From contig JAGFJO010000078.1 in NCBI GenBank assembly GCA_024102635.1, positions 848-64,847 of the forward strand: 64,000 bases of DNA, in the 5' to 3' direction. Of this stretch, positions 44,997 to 55,344 are shown one piece after another. Positions within the stretch are counted from its first letter, which is position 1. Each line of letters begins with the position of its first letter. The notes below the pieces were generated by a model. That model had not been told where the DNA came from and did not search any database. It saw only the letters and a program-made list of their open reading frames with translations. The stretch comes from Deltaproteobacteria bacterium (GTDB taxonomy: Bacteria; Bdellovibrionota_C; UBA2361; JAGFJO01). The translations under genes were made by a program, and so were the position numbers.

Positions 44997-45935
44997 TCAA
45001 CGCACTCTATCCACGATGTAGTCTGCAATGATGGGCACCATCGGAATGACCCTAAGGAAGTCAGGAAACTCTTTGGCCAATTGAACGGCGCGAGGATGAC
45101 TATCCGTCACCACTACACCATCAAAGAGCCTCGAGTCCATCATCGCCTTTAGCGACTCGCCGGGGAAAACTCCGTGTACAGCGTACGCAAGTCGGTGCTT
45201 GTAGCCACGAGCCTCGTATGCCTTCATCGCTTCCTTGAGTGAACCGCCAGTGCGAATCATGTCATCCCACACCACTACCGTGTTAGTGGGTTCATCGGAG
45301 ATGACGCTGAGCACCTTGGTCTTGTCGATGTCGTGACGGCTCTTGTGAATGATTGCAAGAGGAGCCCCCAGTTCATCTGCCACCTTGCCGGCCTCCTTGG
45401 CGCGCCCGAGATCGGTCGTGCCAATAGAGAACCGTCCTTCAACCGACTCCCTGATGCTCTGAGTGAGCAGCTTTCGACAGCTGAGGTGGTACGTGCTGAC
45501 ATGGTCCTGGTCGAAGTAGCTGACAAGGCCCGGCGTATGCGGGTCCACCAGCACGACCGAAGTGCGGTGCGCGCGCGATGAGATGTTGCTCAACATGCGT
45601 GCCCGGTGGCGGCCAGTGACGAACTCACCGTCCTTCTCAGCGCGCTCCTGCGTGGAGTAGCCGTAGTAGGGAACGATGATCGTCAGCGAACTGGGTCTCA
45701 GTTCACTAATGCCGAAGCCCATGTCGAGAACGTCGACCAGATCGTCGTTGCTCCCCGTGCCGCCGATCAGAACGACCGGCCGATCAGCCACGTCATCCAT
45801 CACCTGATAGTGACGCTCTTTGTCCGAAAAGGTTTTCCGGACAACGTTGCCCAGGTCGATACCTGGCTTGCCTTCCAAACCACTACGCATGTGCTCGTAG
45901 TTTGTGGAAGTAAACACCAAAGGCTTTTTGGTCAT
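44997..45935 (-). CDS. prs: Ribose-phosphate pyrophosphokinase (PRPP synthetase)
   Basis: PRPP-binding loop VVVWDDMIRTGGSL, the Prs-like N-domain and 312 aa length. Confidence 0.75.
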   Translation of the reverse strand: MTKKPLVFTSTNYEHMRSGLEGKPGIDLGNVVRKTFSDKERHYQVMDDVADRPVVLIGGTGSNDDLVDVLDMGFGISELRPSSLTIIVPYYGYSTQERAEKDGEFVTGRHRARMLSNISSRAHRTSVVLVDPHTPGLVSYFDQDHVSTYHLSCRKLLTQSIRESVEGRFSIGTTDLGRAKEAGKVADELGAPLAIIHKSRHDIDKTKVLSVISDEPTNTVVVWDDMIRTGGSLKEAMKAYEARGYKHRLAYAVHGVFPGESLKAMMDSRLFDGVVVTDSHPRAVQLAKEFPDFLRVIPMVPIIADYIVDRVR

Positions 45936-46321
45936 ATTTATGCCTCGCTTCCTTGATTAGAACCTCTGGGAACAGCATCGTGACGAACCCTATGTCCGTT
46001 CGTTGCTGAATGAATAGAAGTAGCAGCTATCTACCCGGATAAGTTTTCAAGGAGCTTTCGGCTGAACGTCTGGAACTACCGAACTTCTGTGGCAAGAGGC
46101 GATGATATCACGCAAGCATTTGATAGTCATGAAAAGAGTTTTGTGCGCGAAAGGAATCTCTTAGTAAAATCAAAATATTGGCGCAGCGGCCTGGAACTGG
46201 CGCCTCGTTCCGGAGAGAGTCTCGAAGACCACCTAACCGCTTGGAAATTAATGCGCCCATTTGCATTTGGCTTTTTTATACGGCAGAATGTGCCTCGTCA
46301 CTTTGTTCATAGGCCTAACCC

Positions 46322-47125
46322 ATGGATCATCTGGAAGAGCTTGAAAGTAATAGTATTTATATAATTCGCGAAGCGCTTTGGGAGTTTAAAAAGCCCGTTC
46401 TTTTATGGAGCATCGGCAAAGACTCCACCACCCTTCTCTGGCTCTGCCGTAAAGCATTTTTAGGCAAACTCCCTTTTCCGGTGCTGCATATCGACACCTC
46501 TTATAAGTTTCCGGAGATGTACTCTTTTCGCGACAACTGGGCCAAGGAGTGGGGTCTTGATCTTATAGTTGAGCGTAATGAAGAGGCTCTCGACAAAGGG
46601 GTGAGCTATGAAACACATGACGCGTTCACCTGCTGCCACGAGCTAAAGACTGTGGCGCTTCAGAAGGCTATCGCCAAGCATGGGTATGACGCTCTTTTCG
46701 TAGGGATCAGAAGCGATGAGCATAGTGTGCGCGCAAAAGAGCGTCACTTCTCTCCCCGCGACAGCCAGTTTCAGTGGGACTACAAAAACCAGTCTGCAGA
46801 GATCTGGAACCACCACTCGAGCACCGCTGACGAGGGCAACCATATAAGAGTGCATCCGCTTCTTGAGTGGACCGAGCTTGATATATGGAACTATATCGAG
46901 CGCGAAGGCATTCCTATTAATGAGCTGTATTTTGCCAAAGACGGCAAGCGTTACCGCAGCCTTGGTTGCATGCCTATAACGATTCCCGTTGAATCGGAGG
47001 CAGACAATCTTGAAAAGATCATAGAGGAGCTTAAGACGTCTAAGACTGCCGAGCGCGCAGGCCGCGCTCAGGATAAGGAGAAGGCGTTCATAATGCAGAA
47101 GCTTAGAAGTTTGGGGTACATGTAA
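46322..47125 (+). CDS. cysD: Sulfate adenylyltransferase subunit 2 (PAPS reductase-like fold)
   Basis: Colinear with E. coli CysD (IIREALWEFKKPVLLWSIGKDSTTLLWL, YRSLGCMPIT), ending LRSLGYM. Confidence 0.85.
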   Translation: MDHLEELESNSIYIIREALWEFKKPVLLWSIGKDSTTLLWLCRKAFLGKLPFPVLHIDTSYKFPEMYSFRDNWAKEWGLDLIVERNEEALDKGVSYETHDAFTCCHELKTVALQKAIAKHGYDALFVGIRSDEHSVRAKERHFSPRDSQFQWDYKNQSAEIWNHHSSTADEGNHIRVHPLLEWTELDIWNYIEREGIPINELYFAKDGKRYRSLGCMPITIPVESEADNLEKIIEELKTSKTAERAGRAQDKEKAFIMQKLRSLGYM

Positions 47126-48349
47126 ATGAATATCGTAATCACAGGTCATGTCGACCACGGCAAAAGCACTTTAATCGGGCGGCTCCTTTTTGATACTAAT
47201 TCAATTCCTGAAACCGTTATTGAAGAGGCTAAGAGGTCCTCTAAGAGAGCCGACGGCAGTCTTGAGTTTGCTTATCTGCTTGACTCGCTTGAAGAGGAGC
47301 GCGCAAAAAACATCACTATCGATGCCAGCCGCACATTCTTTAAGAGCCCTAAGAGGCGCTACACTATAATCGACGCCCCCGGTCATAAGGAGTTTCTGAA
47401 GAACATGGTAACGGGCGCATCTCAGGCTGATGCAGCGATTCTAATAATCGACGCAAGCCGCGGAGTAGAGGAGCAGACTAAGCGTCACGCTTTTGTATTG
47501 AAGCTTCTCGGAATCCAGAAGATTATCGTGGCGGTTAATAAGCTGGATCTCATCGGCTTTGAGCAATCCAAAGTGACCCCGGTTGTCGAGGAGATTGAAA
47601 AGTTCCTGACCTCACTTGAGATCACTCCTCAGGCGGTAGTGCCTATCGCCGCCATGGAGGGCGACAATCTGGCTAGCCGCTCGAAGCGCACCCCTTGGTA
47701 CACAGGGCCGTGCATTATCGAGGTTCTTGATTCATTCGAGGAGAGGCGCGATCTTTCGGGGGAGCCAATCAGATTCGTAGTGCAATCAGTCCTCCCTCAG
47801 AACGGCAGCGAGATGATCCTCGGGCGAGTGGAATCCGGAGTATTGAAGACCGGCGGCAAACTGCGGCTACTTCCCTCCGGGAGGGAGATCACCGTAAACG
47901 GCATTAAGGTAATGGATGGGAGCTTGAAAGAAGCTCCTGCGGGCAAGAGCGTAGCGCTAACCGTCGATGCTCCGGAAGCATTGAACAGGGGAGCAGTGCT
48001 GTGTGACGGACCTTCACCAACAATTACCAAAAGCTTTAAGTCCTCGATTTTTTGTTTATCGCCTAACGGGATTCCGGCTGAAAAGACCTTCACTTTGAAG
48101 TGCGCCACCCAAGCCATTCCATGTAAGGTGAAGGGGATTTACCAGAAGATGAACTCTTCGAGCCTAGAGCAGACCGGCCGTAACAGCGATAAGCTCGACG
48201 AGACCGAGGTGGGCGAAGTAATCATCGAGACTGAGTATCCGGTTATCGTTGAAAATTTCAGCAAGATTCCAGCTCTCGGAAGATTCGTGCTACAGGATAG
48301 CGATCATATCTGCGCCGCTGGAATTATTAGGGAAGTTTCGGCCCAGTAG
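47126..48349 (+). CDS. cysN: Sulfate adenylyltransferase subunit 1 (GTPase), without fused APS kinase
   Basis: G1 [20 protein letters not shown] and NKLD GTPase motifs. It begins 1 nt after the cysD stop. Confidence 0.85.
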   Translation: MNIVITGHVDHGKSTLIGRLLFDTNSIPETVIEEAKRSSKRADGSLEFAYLLDSLEEERAKNITIDASRTFFKSPKRRYTIIDAPGHKEFLKNMVTGASQADAAILIIDASRGVEEQTKRHAFVLKLLGIQKIIVAVNKLDLIGFEQSKVTPVVEEIEKFLTSLEITPQAVVPIAAMEGDNLASRSKRTPWYTGPCIIEVLDSFEERRDLSGEPIRFVVQSVLPQNGSEMILGRVESGVLKTGGKLRLLPSGREITVNGIKVMDGSLKEAPAGKSVALTVDAPEALNRGAVLCDGPSPTITKSFKSSIFCLSPNGIPAEKTFTLKCATQAIPCKVKGIYQKMNSSSLEQTGRNSDKLDETEVGEVIIETEYPVIVENFSKIPALGRFVLQDSDHICAAGIIREVSAQ

Positions 48350-48409
48350 TCCTCGGTGAATGCCGCCTTGGAAGTCCTTCGACGAAGCTCAGGACAGGTC
48401 GGCGTTCCA

Positions 48410-48865
48410 CTTTTCGAAATGCCGCGCGGAGGGCCATTGCTCTTGCGCGGCTTAGTCGAATGCCGGAGACCTTGTCTCCCAACGTTCTAGTTATTCTGTT
48501 TCCTCCGCGCCCTCCTTTCCTCCGTGTTAAAAATTACTCTCGCACAATCAAGAAAATTCCAGACGCTGCCTATCGGTTGACTAGCAATAATTCTGGCTCG
48601 CCACCTTCTTATTCATTTAACGCAGAGGACGCGGAGGAACACGGAGGGAAAAGTAATCTAAGCCGCGGGGGCGATCGGCTGCTTCACTTATCGAAATGCT
48701 ACACGGAGCGCCGCGCTCTTGCGCGGCTTAGTCGAATACCGGAGACCTTCTCTCCCAGCGTTCTAGTTATTCTGGTTCCTCCGCGCCCTCCTTTCCTCCG
48801 TGTTGAAAATTACTGCTCGCACAATTAAGAAACTTCCAGACGCTGCCTATCGGTTGGCTTCCGCT
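48410..48865. repeat. Two tandem direct copies (~175 bp, ~94% identical, period ~278 bp) of a structured element, separated by a ~100-bp spacer that carries an inverted partial copy
   Basis: Copy 1 runs ~48412-48584 and copy 2 ~48690-48863. Each has a gccgcgc/gcgcggc stem and a ggagac-ctt-gtctcc hairpin. A CU-rich tract cctcctttcctccgtgtt is complementary to aacacggagg in the spacer. Copy 2 lacks a 13-nt segment present in copy 1. Confidence 0.7.
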
Positions 48866-48873
48866 TCTTTTCC

Positions 48874-51800
48874 CTACTCCACCCACAGCTCTTCAGGAGT
48901 GCTCTGCCCGAAAATGTCCGGATCGTACATCTCCTCCGCATGCGCCGGCAGAACCGAGAATCTTCCCGGGGCAATCGCCTGCGCAGTGTAGGAGAGGTGA
49001 TAGTTAGCAGGCGCAAGATACTCGGAGTAATAACGCACCGCCTCATGACGCAGCTCCTGGTGATAAAATCCCCATAGAGCGATACCGAACTGCACCCAAT
49101 CATCGTGTCTGAACCAGAAGGAGCCGAAGGTAGGCTTGTAATCCCCTTTTCTAGCATCTACTACCGAAGCGGTAGCCAGGTCGCGGTTAACCGGCTCGAG
49201 CCCGCCAGGCACAGGGTCATCAACGACTACGTAGTTTCGCGCCGCAGGCAGCGAAAGATACAGGTCAACCTTCACCAGCTCTCCCACTTTAATCTTGAAG
49301 GGCCGCTCCAGAAGCTTCCACTCCCCGCCACGCTCCACGCTATACTCGCGCCGCAGCTCCATACCGGAGTTAATCGGCTCCGCTTTGAGAGTTTGAGGAG
49401 AGTATGTAAGCCGGCCCGAGTAATATACTCTACCCGACCCGCTCTTTTCGAGCTTCAGCCGGATCTCTTGCCCTAGATCGGATGGCCGGATATCGCGCTC
49501 AAGCTGCAGCGGCTCGGCTCTAAAAGAGGTGAACTTGCCCTCACCCAAACTTTCTCCGTCAAGGAAGGCGCTCAGTTTGAAGTTGGGCGCTTGGTTCTCA
49601 AACTCTCTACTGTAATTTATGAAAGTATTAAGGCAGAATACATTTTCCTGGGTATTCTCCCACCGCCCCTTAGCCTTTCTGTAATCTGTAATAGGACGAA
49701 TTAGTTTAAAATAAGTATCGGAAGGCAGAGTCTGCGCTGAGTTGGTCTTTGACGCGTTCTTACGTTGATTCAAAAGCGCCGATACGGCCGTGCAGCTCGT
49801 TCTAGGCACAGAGTGCAAGAGCCTTGCAAAGCCCGAATCCAGCTCCTCAGTAAATATAATCTTACCGCCGGTCTCGTTGGTCGAAGCCAGAAGCATCTCG
49901 GATACCTTTTGCTGCATCTCCGAGGTGCCGCTTACGTGCGACAGAGCGGTAAGAAAGTTAGCCCTTCCGAATAAGTCCATCTGCTTAATATGCGGATAGA
50001 ATCTTTGCAGATCCGATAAAGTTACTTTGCCGCGCGGCGCCAAAGCAGCAAGCGCAACCGCTCTTACGCTCGACGCCATCCCTTTCGAATAGAAGTCGGG
50101 CATGACGTCTTTCCTCAGGAGCTCAAGCAGAAAGTTATCAAGCCGCTCTTCAACCCTTTGCGGAATCTGGTATCCGCTCTCTTTAAGCCAAGAGAAAGCA
50201 AGCGCGGTATAGGCGCTCAGATAGTGATTACCGTATTCATCACGGGCAGTGTAAAAACACATGCCGCCGTTTGGCGCTTGAAAGCTTTCTGCTTCCTTAA
50301 GGGTTTGTTCTAGCAACTTCTTGGCCCCCTCCCACCTGAAATCTTTAGGAAGATAGGCTTGCAGCGCTAAATAGTGCGAGGCCATTACCGCTTTGGTCAG
50401 CTTCTGCTCCCAGCAGCTATATGGATAGCTTCTAATGTACTCGAACGATTTATCCATCCCGCCCAGCACACTGGAGGATGCAACGACTCCGATTGTACCG
50501 ACATCGCTTCGGATTTCCGAGGGAATTTGGAACGTTTCGCCGGCCTCTGATTCCGTGGTCGTGGCATAGCTTGCGGCGCTCTCAAGGGCCTTGAGCTTGT
50601 GCACATTAAGCGTGCTCTTTAGCGCATCACGATCAAAGGTATCGCCGGCACTGACTGTAAAATCGATCACCCCATCCTTCGATGTGGCAAGCGGCAGCGA
50701 AACTGTCTCGCGTTTAAATGGCGCGATTTCAATCTCGACCATGCGCACCGCGCTCTCGCTAAGAGGGTCTCCCTGCGCTTTGAGTTCTACCGCCAGTTTG
50801 CGGGTCTCCTCGGTCCTATTCATGACGGTGAATTTGGCATCGAATGAGTCTCCTTCGACAACTTGGTTAGGCAGAGCAGGACGAATCTCTGTCGGTTGGT
50901 TGACTTTGAAATTACCTTCACCAAGTCCCATTCTATCGGTCGCGGTTGCAGCCATAGCAAGCACGCGCCAGCCGGTGAGATTGTCCGGAAGTTGAAAGCT
51001 AATTGTGGCTCGCCCCTCTTTATCGGCCTTGACGCTTGGGTTCCAGTAACTGACGAATTTGAAGATGGAACGCAGATCTAAATCTGAGCCCCCGCTGCCT
51101 CCCGGATTCGCTCCCTTTCGTTCAAATTTCTGGCGGCCAACGAGCTGCTTTATAAGGTTAAAGTTTTTTACATCCAATCCGGCTAGCTTATAAAACCCAG
51201 CATACGGGTCGAAGTACTCGCTGCCGCTTTGAATCATGTCAAATACGGCTTCATCCAGCACCGCTATAGCAAACTCGACGGCCTCCGGCGATGCTGTTTG
51301 CAGCACGACATTAACTGTCTCACGCGGTTTGTAGACTTCCTTGTCAGCCTTAACCTCTACACGCAGCATTTTGGCTTCATCGTTAACGTTGATCTTCGTG
51401 TAACCCATCTTGAATGAAGGCTTCCCGAGGTCAACCATGTTCTCAATCGGCTTATCTACGCGCGGAGACATCACGACCAAAGAAAAATAAAATCCGGGTA
51501 GCATCTCTTCGGTAATCGGAACTTCTACAATTTGACTGCTGTCGCTGAGTACCAGAGGCCAGCTCTTGATAACGCCATACCTTTCGACCGTGGCGATTGC
51601 ATTTGCTCCGGGAAAGGGGTTCTGCACCAGCACCCGTGCCACTTCGCCGATCTTGTAATCGCTCTTTTCAGGCAGCATGGTCAGATTGTTTCCTGTATTA
51701 GAACGCCAAACAACATAGCCGCTGCCTACGCTCCAGCGGTTTATAGTGCTTTTATGTTCACGGCCGTTTCTGTCTTTAACCGCAGCCACGAATCTATAAC

Positions 51801-54648
51801 TGCCGGCTTTTGCCGGGGTGAAGCTGCACTGAACCGGCTCTTTCGCCGACTTGACTGAGCAGCTGTCCTCCTTTACCCACTCGTAACTGTACTCAGTGAG
51901 ATAGGCATTACCCGCCCCCTTAACCTTGGCGGCCTTTGTTTCCTCATACTCAAATGAGAGCTCGACCTCGGCGCCTTCAAGCAGCGTGCCGTTCCTTCCG
52001 GCAACAACCGCTTGCACAATTGCAGGCTTCTCCTTCTCTATAATCCATCCATCATGCCGCAGCCCTACATATCTTTCGCGCCCGTGGAAATCGAGCTGCT
52101 TCGAATCAGCGACATAACGGCCGCGATCGTCCCTAACAGCGCTCTCTATCAGCAGCTTCCCGAAAACCACGGCAGGCTCATCTTCAAGTCTAAATGAAGT
52201 GGAATGCTGCCCCCTTGAATTAAGGCGCTCCTCGGTCTGATAGAGCCGCCGCGAGTCGAGATATTCGCCCTCGCTGAATTCGAATCGCTGAAGTAATGGA
52301 TTATCAAAGCGCAGCGGACTAGAGCTTAGCATGCTTGTCACCCGGACTTCAGCGTCGGAGTATGGCCCGCCCGAGTGCAACACTGCGCGGCTTTCAAGCT
52401 CTACCTTCTCTCCTGCTACATAGGACGGAGCGCCTGCCTCTACGGTTACCTTAAAAGGTGAGGGTGTAAAATCGCTCACTAAGACTTGCAGCGGTTCCCA
52501 CGTCTCTTTAGTGAAAGACGCGCTAAGAACGAAGCGGTACCAGCCTACCAGCCAGCTTTTTGAAATCTCCATCTCTCCGTCGAGTGATCCGAACTCAGAA
52601 AGTTTGACATCTTTCCGTTCGAATACAGTGTTTCCGGCTGGGTCTATTACCTTCAGGGTGTACTCACCCGATGGTGCCGCGGTAAAGCGATTCACATCCT
52701 GATTACGGACGAAGACTTTATATTGAAGCGTATCACCCAGCCGGTAGATCCCTTGTGCCGTGGTTCCCCACGTGTGGATATGTCCGTAACGGCTTTGCAG
52801 AGAGGGGTAGTAATCAGAGTACACATTAAAGTCGTACGCTAACGGCACCAGCGCGATCTCGCCTCCGCTTTCAATCCTCGCGAACATATGCGGTTCCGTG
52901 CGGTTCCACTGATTGATTAGTTTAAGCTCGGGATCAATCTCGCTCAGCCCGGCAAGCATAGCGATTCCATCTTTATTTGTGAGCGCTGATTTGCCGAGCG
53001 ATTTTGACTCGGAAAGTGATTGCAGCGACCCCCGATAAAATGAAACTTTGGCTCCCGCTACCGGGGCGCCGTCTGAAAATTTGGTGACCCACACCAGTGA
53101 ATTGAAATGGCCGGCCTTAACATGCACATGGAACGGAGTAACTTGGGAGAAAAACCAGCTGCTCCCTTTGTATCTTTTGGAGCCTGCCGAGATATAGCCT
53201 TGGACCGCTCCGCTTACGCCGCCTAGAAGCTCGCGCACCTTGACAGGAAATGGATAGGCAATGTTAGGCGCATCATAAAGTTTCGAGCGCAGCTCTTTAT
53301 TTCCGATAGTCCCTGCCGCAGTAAGCCCTTCATACTTGATTTGAAGCGCTTTAAGGTTGGTCACTACAACAGGGAGATGAGAATCGACCTCCTTCTCAAG
53401 AATGGATATCTGGTTTGCAAGGTGAAACTTAGGCGGACGATTGTCTGTCAAAAACCCCCCTTGCATCGTTCCACTGAGAGATCTGCTAAAGGCATCCTTA
53501 ATCAGGGAAGGCTCACCGGTGATCTTGTAGCTTTCGTAAGCTTTGAGCGGGATCGGAAGATATACATTATAAAGCAGACCTTTCTTGTGCGGATAGTAAT
53601 AGCTGATGTAGCTATACACGTTCTCCCATGCATCATAGTCCTTCCGTCCGCCCGAAAGATCAGGGAATATCTTAACACCATCTTTTAAATCTTCTTTTAG
53701 CACCGGAGCGGAGAACGTCAGCGCCACGCTGCGCATCGGATTACACCGCTCATACTGCTGCGAGTCGGCGCCCGCCGGAATAAAGATAGCTTTTGGATGC
53801 AGCTTTCCCTCCTCGTCTGAAAAATCCTCGCCATAATACTCCTCTCCCTCCGAGGCCTCTCCATCCTCTGTAGAGCTTTGCACCGCTTTCCCCGGTTGTG
53901 ACCAACAGTTAACTCCTTTGAAAGTGAACGCAGGGTAGGTAGCGAATTCCACTACTACTCTATCTTCCACTCCCTTCTCACCTCCACTAGCCGCTGCTAT
54001 TCCAGGCTCGACCACGAGCTGGGTATCAGAATCGAGGGGCAGCTCGCGCTGCGGGTAAACCTTCCAACGATCTTCAGCCAGGCCCGGGATCAGTTCAACC
54101 TCAATCGCATGGCGCTCGCCATTCTCACTTTTTAAATATAAATGATCTTTGACTGAGGACTGATCGACATGCTGATTAAAAACCACATTTATGGTGGGAG
54201 TTCCCGGCGAGCGCCACTTCTCAAACCAGGTATAGCGAACTTCCGGCCTGGCGGTAATAAAGGAGTGCTCCGGCGGGGCTGCGATCTCAAGGCCATTCTG
54301 AGTTTTGAAGGGAGAGGTGAAGCGGAGGGTGTATCTGGTAGATGTTTTTAGCGCATCCTTCTCGGCAAGCTGACACGATAAGGTCGTGGTATTAAGCCAG
54401 CGCCACTGACACTCTAAGTTAGGAGTTATCTCTATCGGCAGCTCTTCTGCTTTGCGCTCCATGCGGCCGATAGGCACCATAGCTTTGTTAAACTGGAGAA
54501 CTATCTCCCGGCCAGCCGGCACATCTTCTCCCGATGGCGTGACTCTTATAAGCGCCGGCGCGGCTTCTCCGCCTTGCTCCTCGGCAAAAGATAGGCCCGC
54601 TGAAAAAAATAGAACCGAAAATGCAATCAGTACTCGTCGCAGATACAT
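48874..54648 (-). CDS. Bacterial alpha-2-macroglobulin family protein (YfhM-like, 1924 aa) with signal peptide and thioester-like CWEQ motif
   Basis: Very large secreted protein. YSCWEQ sits at the position of the CLEQ/CGEQ thioester. A strong SD (TAGGAG) overlaps the stop of the upstream Nudix gene. Confidence 0.75.
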   Translation of the reverse strand: MYLRRVLIAFSVLFFSAGLSFAEEQGGEAAPALIRVTPSGEDVPAGREIVLQFNKAMVPIGRMERKAEELPIEITPNLECQWRWLNTTTLSCQLAEKDALKTSTRYTLRFTSPFKTQNGLEIAAPPEHSFITARPEVRYTWFEKWRSPGTPTINVVFNQHVDQSSVKDHLYLKSENGERHAIEVELIPGLAEDRWKVYPQRELPLDSDTQLVVEPGIAAASGGEKGVEDRVVVEFATYPAFTFKGVNCWSQPGKAVQSSTEDGEASEGEEYYGEDFSDEEGKLHPKAIFIPAGADSQQYERCNPMRSVALTFSAPVLKEDLKDGVKIFPDLSGGRKDYDAWENVYSYISYYYPHKKGLLYNVYLPIPLKAYESYKITGEPSLIKDAFSRSLSGTMQGGFLTDNRPPKFHLANQISILEKEVDSHLPVVVTNLKALQIKYEGLTAAGTIGNKELRSKLYDAPNIAYPFPVKVRELLGGVSGAVQGYISAGSKRYKGSSWFFSQVTPFHVHVKAGHFNSLVWVTKFSDGAPVAGAKVSFYRGSLQSLSESKSLGKSALTNKDGIAMLAGLSEIDPELKLINQWNRTEPHMFARIESGGEIALVPLAYDFNVYSDYYPSLQSRYGHIHTWGTTAQGIYRLGDTLQYKVFVRNQDVNRFTAAPSGEYTLKVIDPAGNTVFERKDVKLSEFGSLDGEMEISKSWLVGWYRFVLSASFTKETWEPLQVLVSDFTPSPFKVTVEAGAPSYVAGEKVELESRAVLHSGGPYSDAEVRVTSMLSSSPLRFDNPLLQRFEFSEGEYLDSRRLYQTEERLNSRGQHSTSFRLEDEPAVVFGKLLIESAVRDDRGRYVADSKQLDFHGRERYVGLRHDGWIIEKEKPAIVQAVVAGRNGTLLEGAEVELSFEYEETKAAKVKGAGNAYLTEYSYEWVKEDSCSVKSAKEPVQCSFTPAKAGSYRFVAAVKDRNGREHKSTINRWSVGSGYVVWRSNTGNNLTMLPEKSDYKIGEVARVLVQNPFPGANAIATVERYGVIKSWPLVLSDSSQIVEVPITEEMLPGFYFSLVVMSPRVDKPIENMVDLGKPSFKMGYTKINVNDEAKMLRVEVKADKEVYKPRETVNVVLQTASPEAVEFAIAVLDEAVFDMIQSGSEYFDPYAGFYKLAGLDVKNFNLIKQLVGRQKFERKGANPGGSGGSDLDLRSIFKFVSYWNPSVKADKEGRATISFQLPDNLTGWRVLAMAATATDRMGLGEGNFKVNQPTEIRPALPNQVVEGDSFDAKFTVMNRTEETRKLAVELKAQGDPLSESAVRMVEIEIAPFKRETVSLPLATSKDGVIDFTVSAGDTFDRDALKSTLNVHKLKALESAASYATTTESEAGETFQIPSEIRSDVGTIGVVASSSVLGGMDKSFEYIRSYPYSCWEQKLTKAVMASHYLALQAYLPKDFRWEGAKKLLEQTLKEAESFQAPNGGMCFYTARDEYGNHYLSAYTALAFSWLKESGYQIPQRVEERLDNFLLELLRKDVMPDFYSKGMASSVRAVALAALAPRGKVTLSDLQRFYPHIKQMDLFGRANFLTALSHVSGTSEMQQKVSEMLLASTNETGGKIIFTEELDSGFARLLHSVPRTSCTAVSALLNQRKNASKTNSAQTLPSDTYFKLIRPITDYRKAKGRWENTQENVFCLNTFINYSREFENQAPNFKLSAFLDGESLGEGKFTSFRAEPLQLERDIRPSDLGQEIRLKLEKSGSGRVYYSGRLTYSPQTLKAEPINSGMELRREYSVERGGEWKLLERPFKIKVGELVKVDLYLSLPAARNYVVVDDPVPGGLEPVNRDLATASVVDARKGDYKPTFGSFWFRHDDWVQFGIALWGFYHQELRHEAVRYYSEYLAPANYHLSYTAQAIAPGRFSVLPAHAEEMYDPDIFGQSTPEELWVE

Positions 54649-54661
54649 AGAAACGCTCCTA

Positions 54662-55195
54662 CTAAATCAATTTCTTCAGCTTTGCTTTAAAAAATCCGGC
54701 GATTGATTTTCCGTCGGTAATTACTCCTTGTGAGATCATCTCTTCAATTTTTCCGGCCTCGAACTCGACAACTTCGATGACCTCATCTTCGTCGAGCTGC
54801 TGGGTAGATGCTGCGAGGCCGCTTGCAAAATAAACTCTTTGCAGCTCGCTGCAAAAGCCGGGGGCTGGATACATGTTGCCGAGCTCGGTCCAATTGATAG
54901 CTGTTCGGCCCGTTTCCTCTCTAAGCTCTCGTTTAGCGCAGGCAAGAGGGTCCTCCCCGGGAACTAAGGTGCCGGCTGGGAACTCGAATATAGTCTCCCC
55001 GACCGAATGCCTGTATTGATGCACCATTATAAGAGCGCCGCTTTGCGCCTGCGGAACGATCACAACAGCCCCCGGATGCTTGACAGTGATATGAACCCTG
55101 GTCTTCCCATCAGGCAGTACTACTCTATCCTCCACCAAGTCGAAAACCTTTCCCTTGAAAAGCGTAGAAGAAGATACGGTCTTAATATTCGTCAC
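54662..55195 (-). CDS. NUDIX hydrolase (ADP-ribose pyrophosphatase-like)
   Basis: Nudix box GETIFEFPAGTLVPGEDPLACAKRELREETG. Confidence 0.8.
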   Translation of the reverse strand: MTNIKTVSSSTLFKGKVFDLVEDRVVLPDGKTRVHITVKHPGAVVIVPQAQSGALIMVHQYRHSVGETIFEFPAGTLVPGEDPLACAKRELREETGRTAINWTELGNMYPAPGFCSELQRVYFASGLAASTQQLDEDEVIEVVEFEAGKIEEMISQGVITDGKSIAGFFKAKLKKLI

Positions 55196-55344
55196 GGTGC
55201 GGAAGCGAAATTAGGTTTGAGTGCAAGGCGGCACTCAGAATACCGCAAAAAGGAAAATGTACAAGCAGCTTCTGAGGCTCCGGGAGGTGAGACCGGGCAG
55301 ATAAATGCTTGCGCCTCTGCAATCGCTTCTGTAAGGCTGAAGCA

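Noticed and set aside
46089-46364. 91-aa ORF in the prs-cysD divergent intergenic region
   Set aside because: It overlaps the cysD start, has no RBS and has no recognisable features. The region is more likely a divergent promoter, possibly sulfur-regulated.
46322-47125. CysD C-terminus LRSLGYM as a fourth member of the L[KR]xLGYL tail motif
   Set aside because: CysD proteins natively end in ...GYF/GYM (E. coli CysD ends QGYF), so this is family-intrinsic.
48460-48828. 122-aa ORF spanning both tandem repeat copies
   Set aside because: It lies entirely within repeated, hairpin-rich DNA. It has a Pro-rich low-complexity translation and no RBS. Its apparent frame conservation is explained by the near-identity of the copies.
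48410-48865. CRISPR array
   Set aside because: There are only two copies, the units are ~175 bp, and the spacer is itself related to the repeat. This is not CRISPR-like, and no cas genes are in the window.
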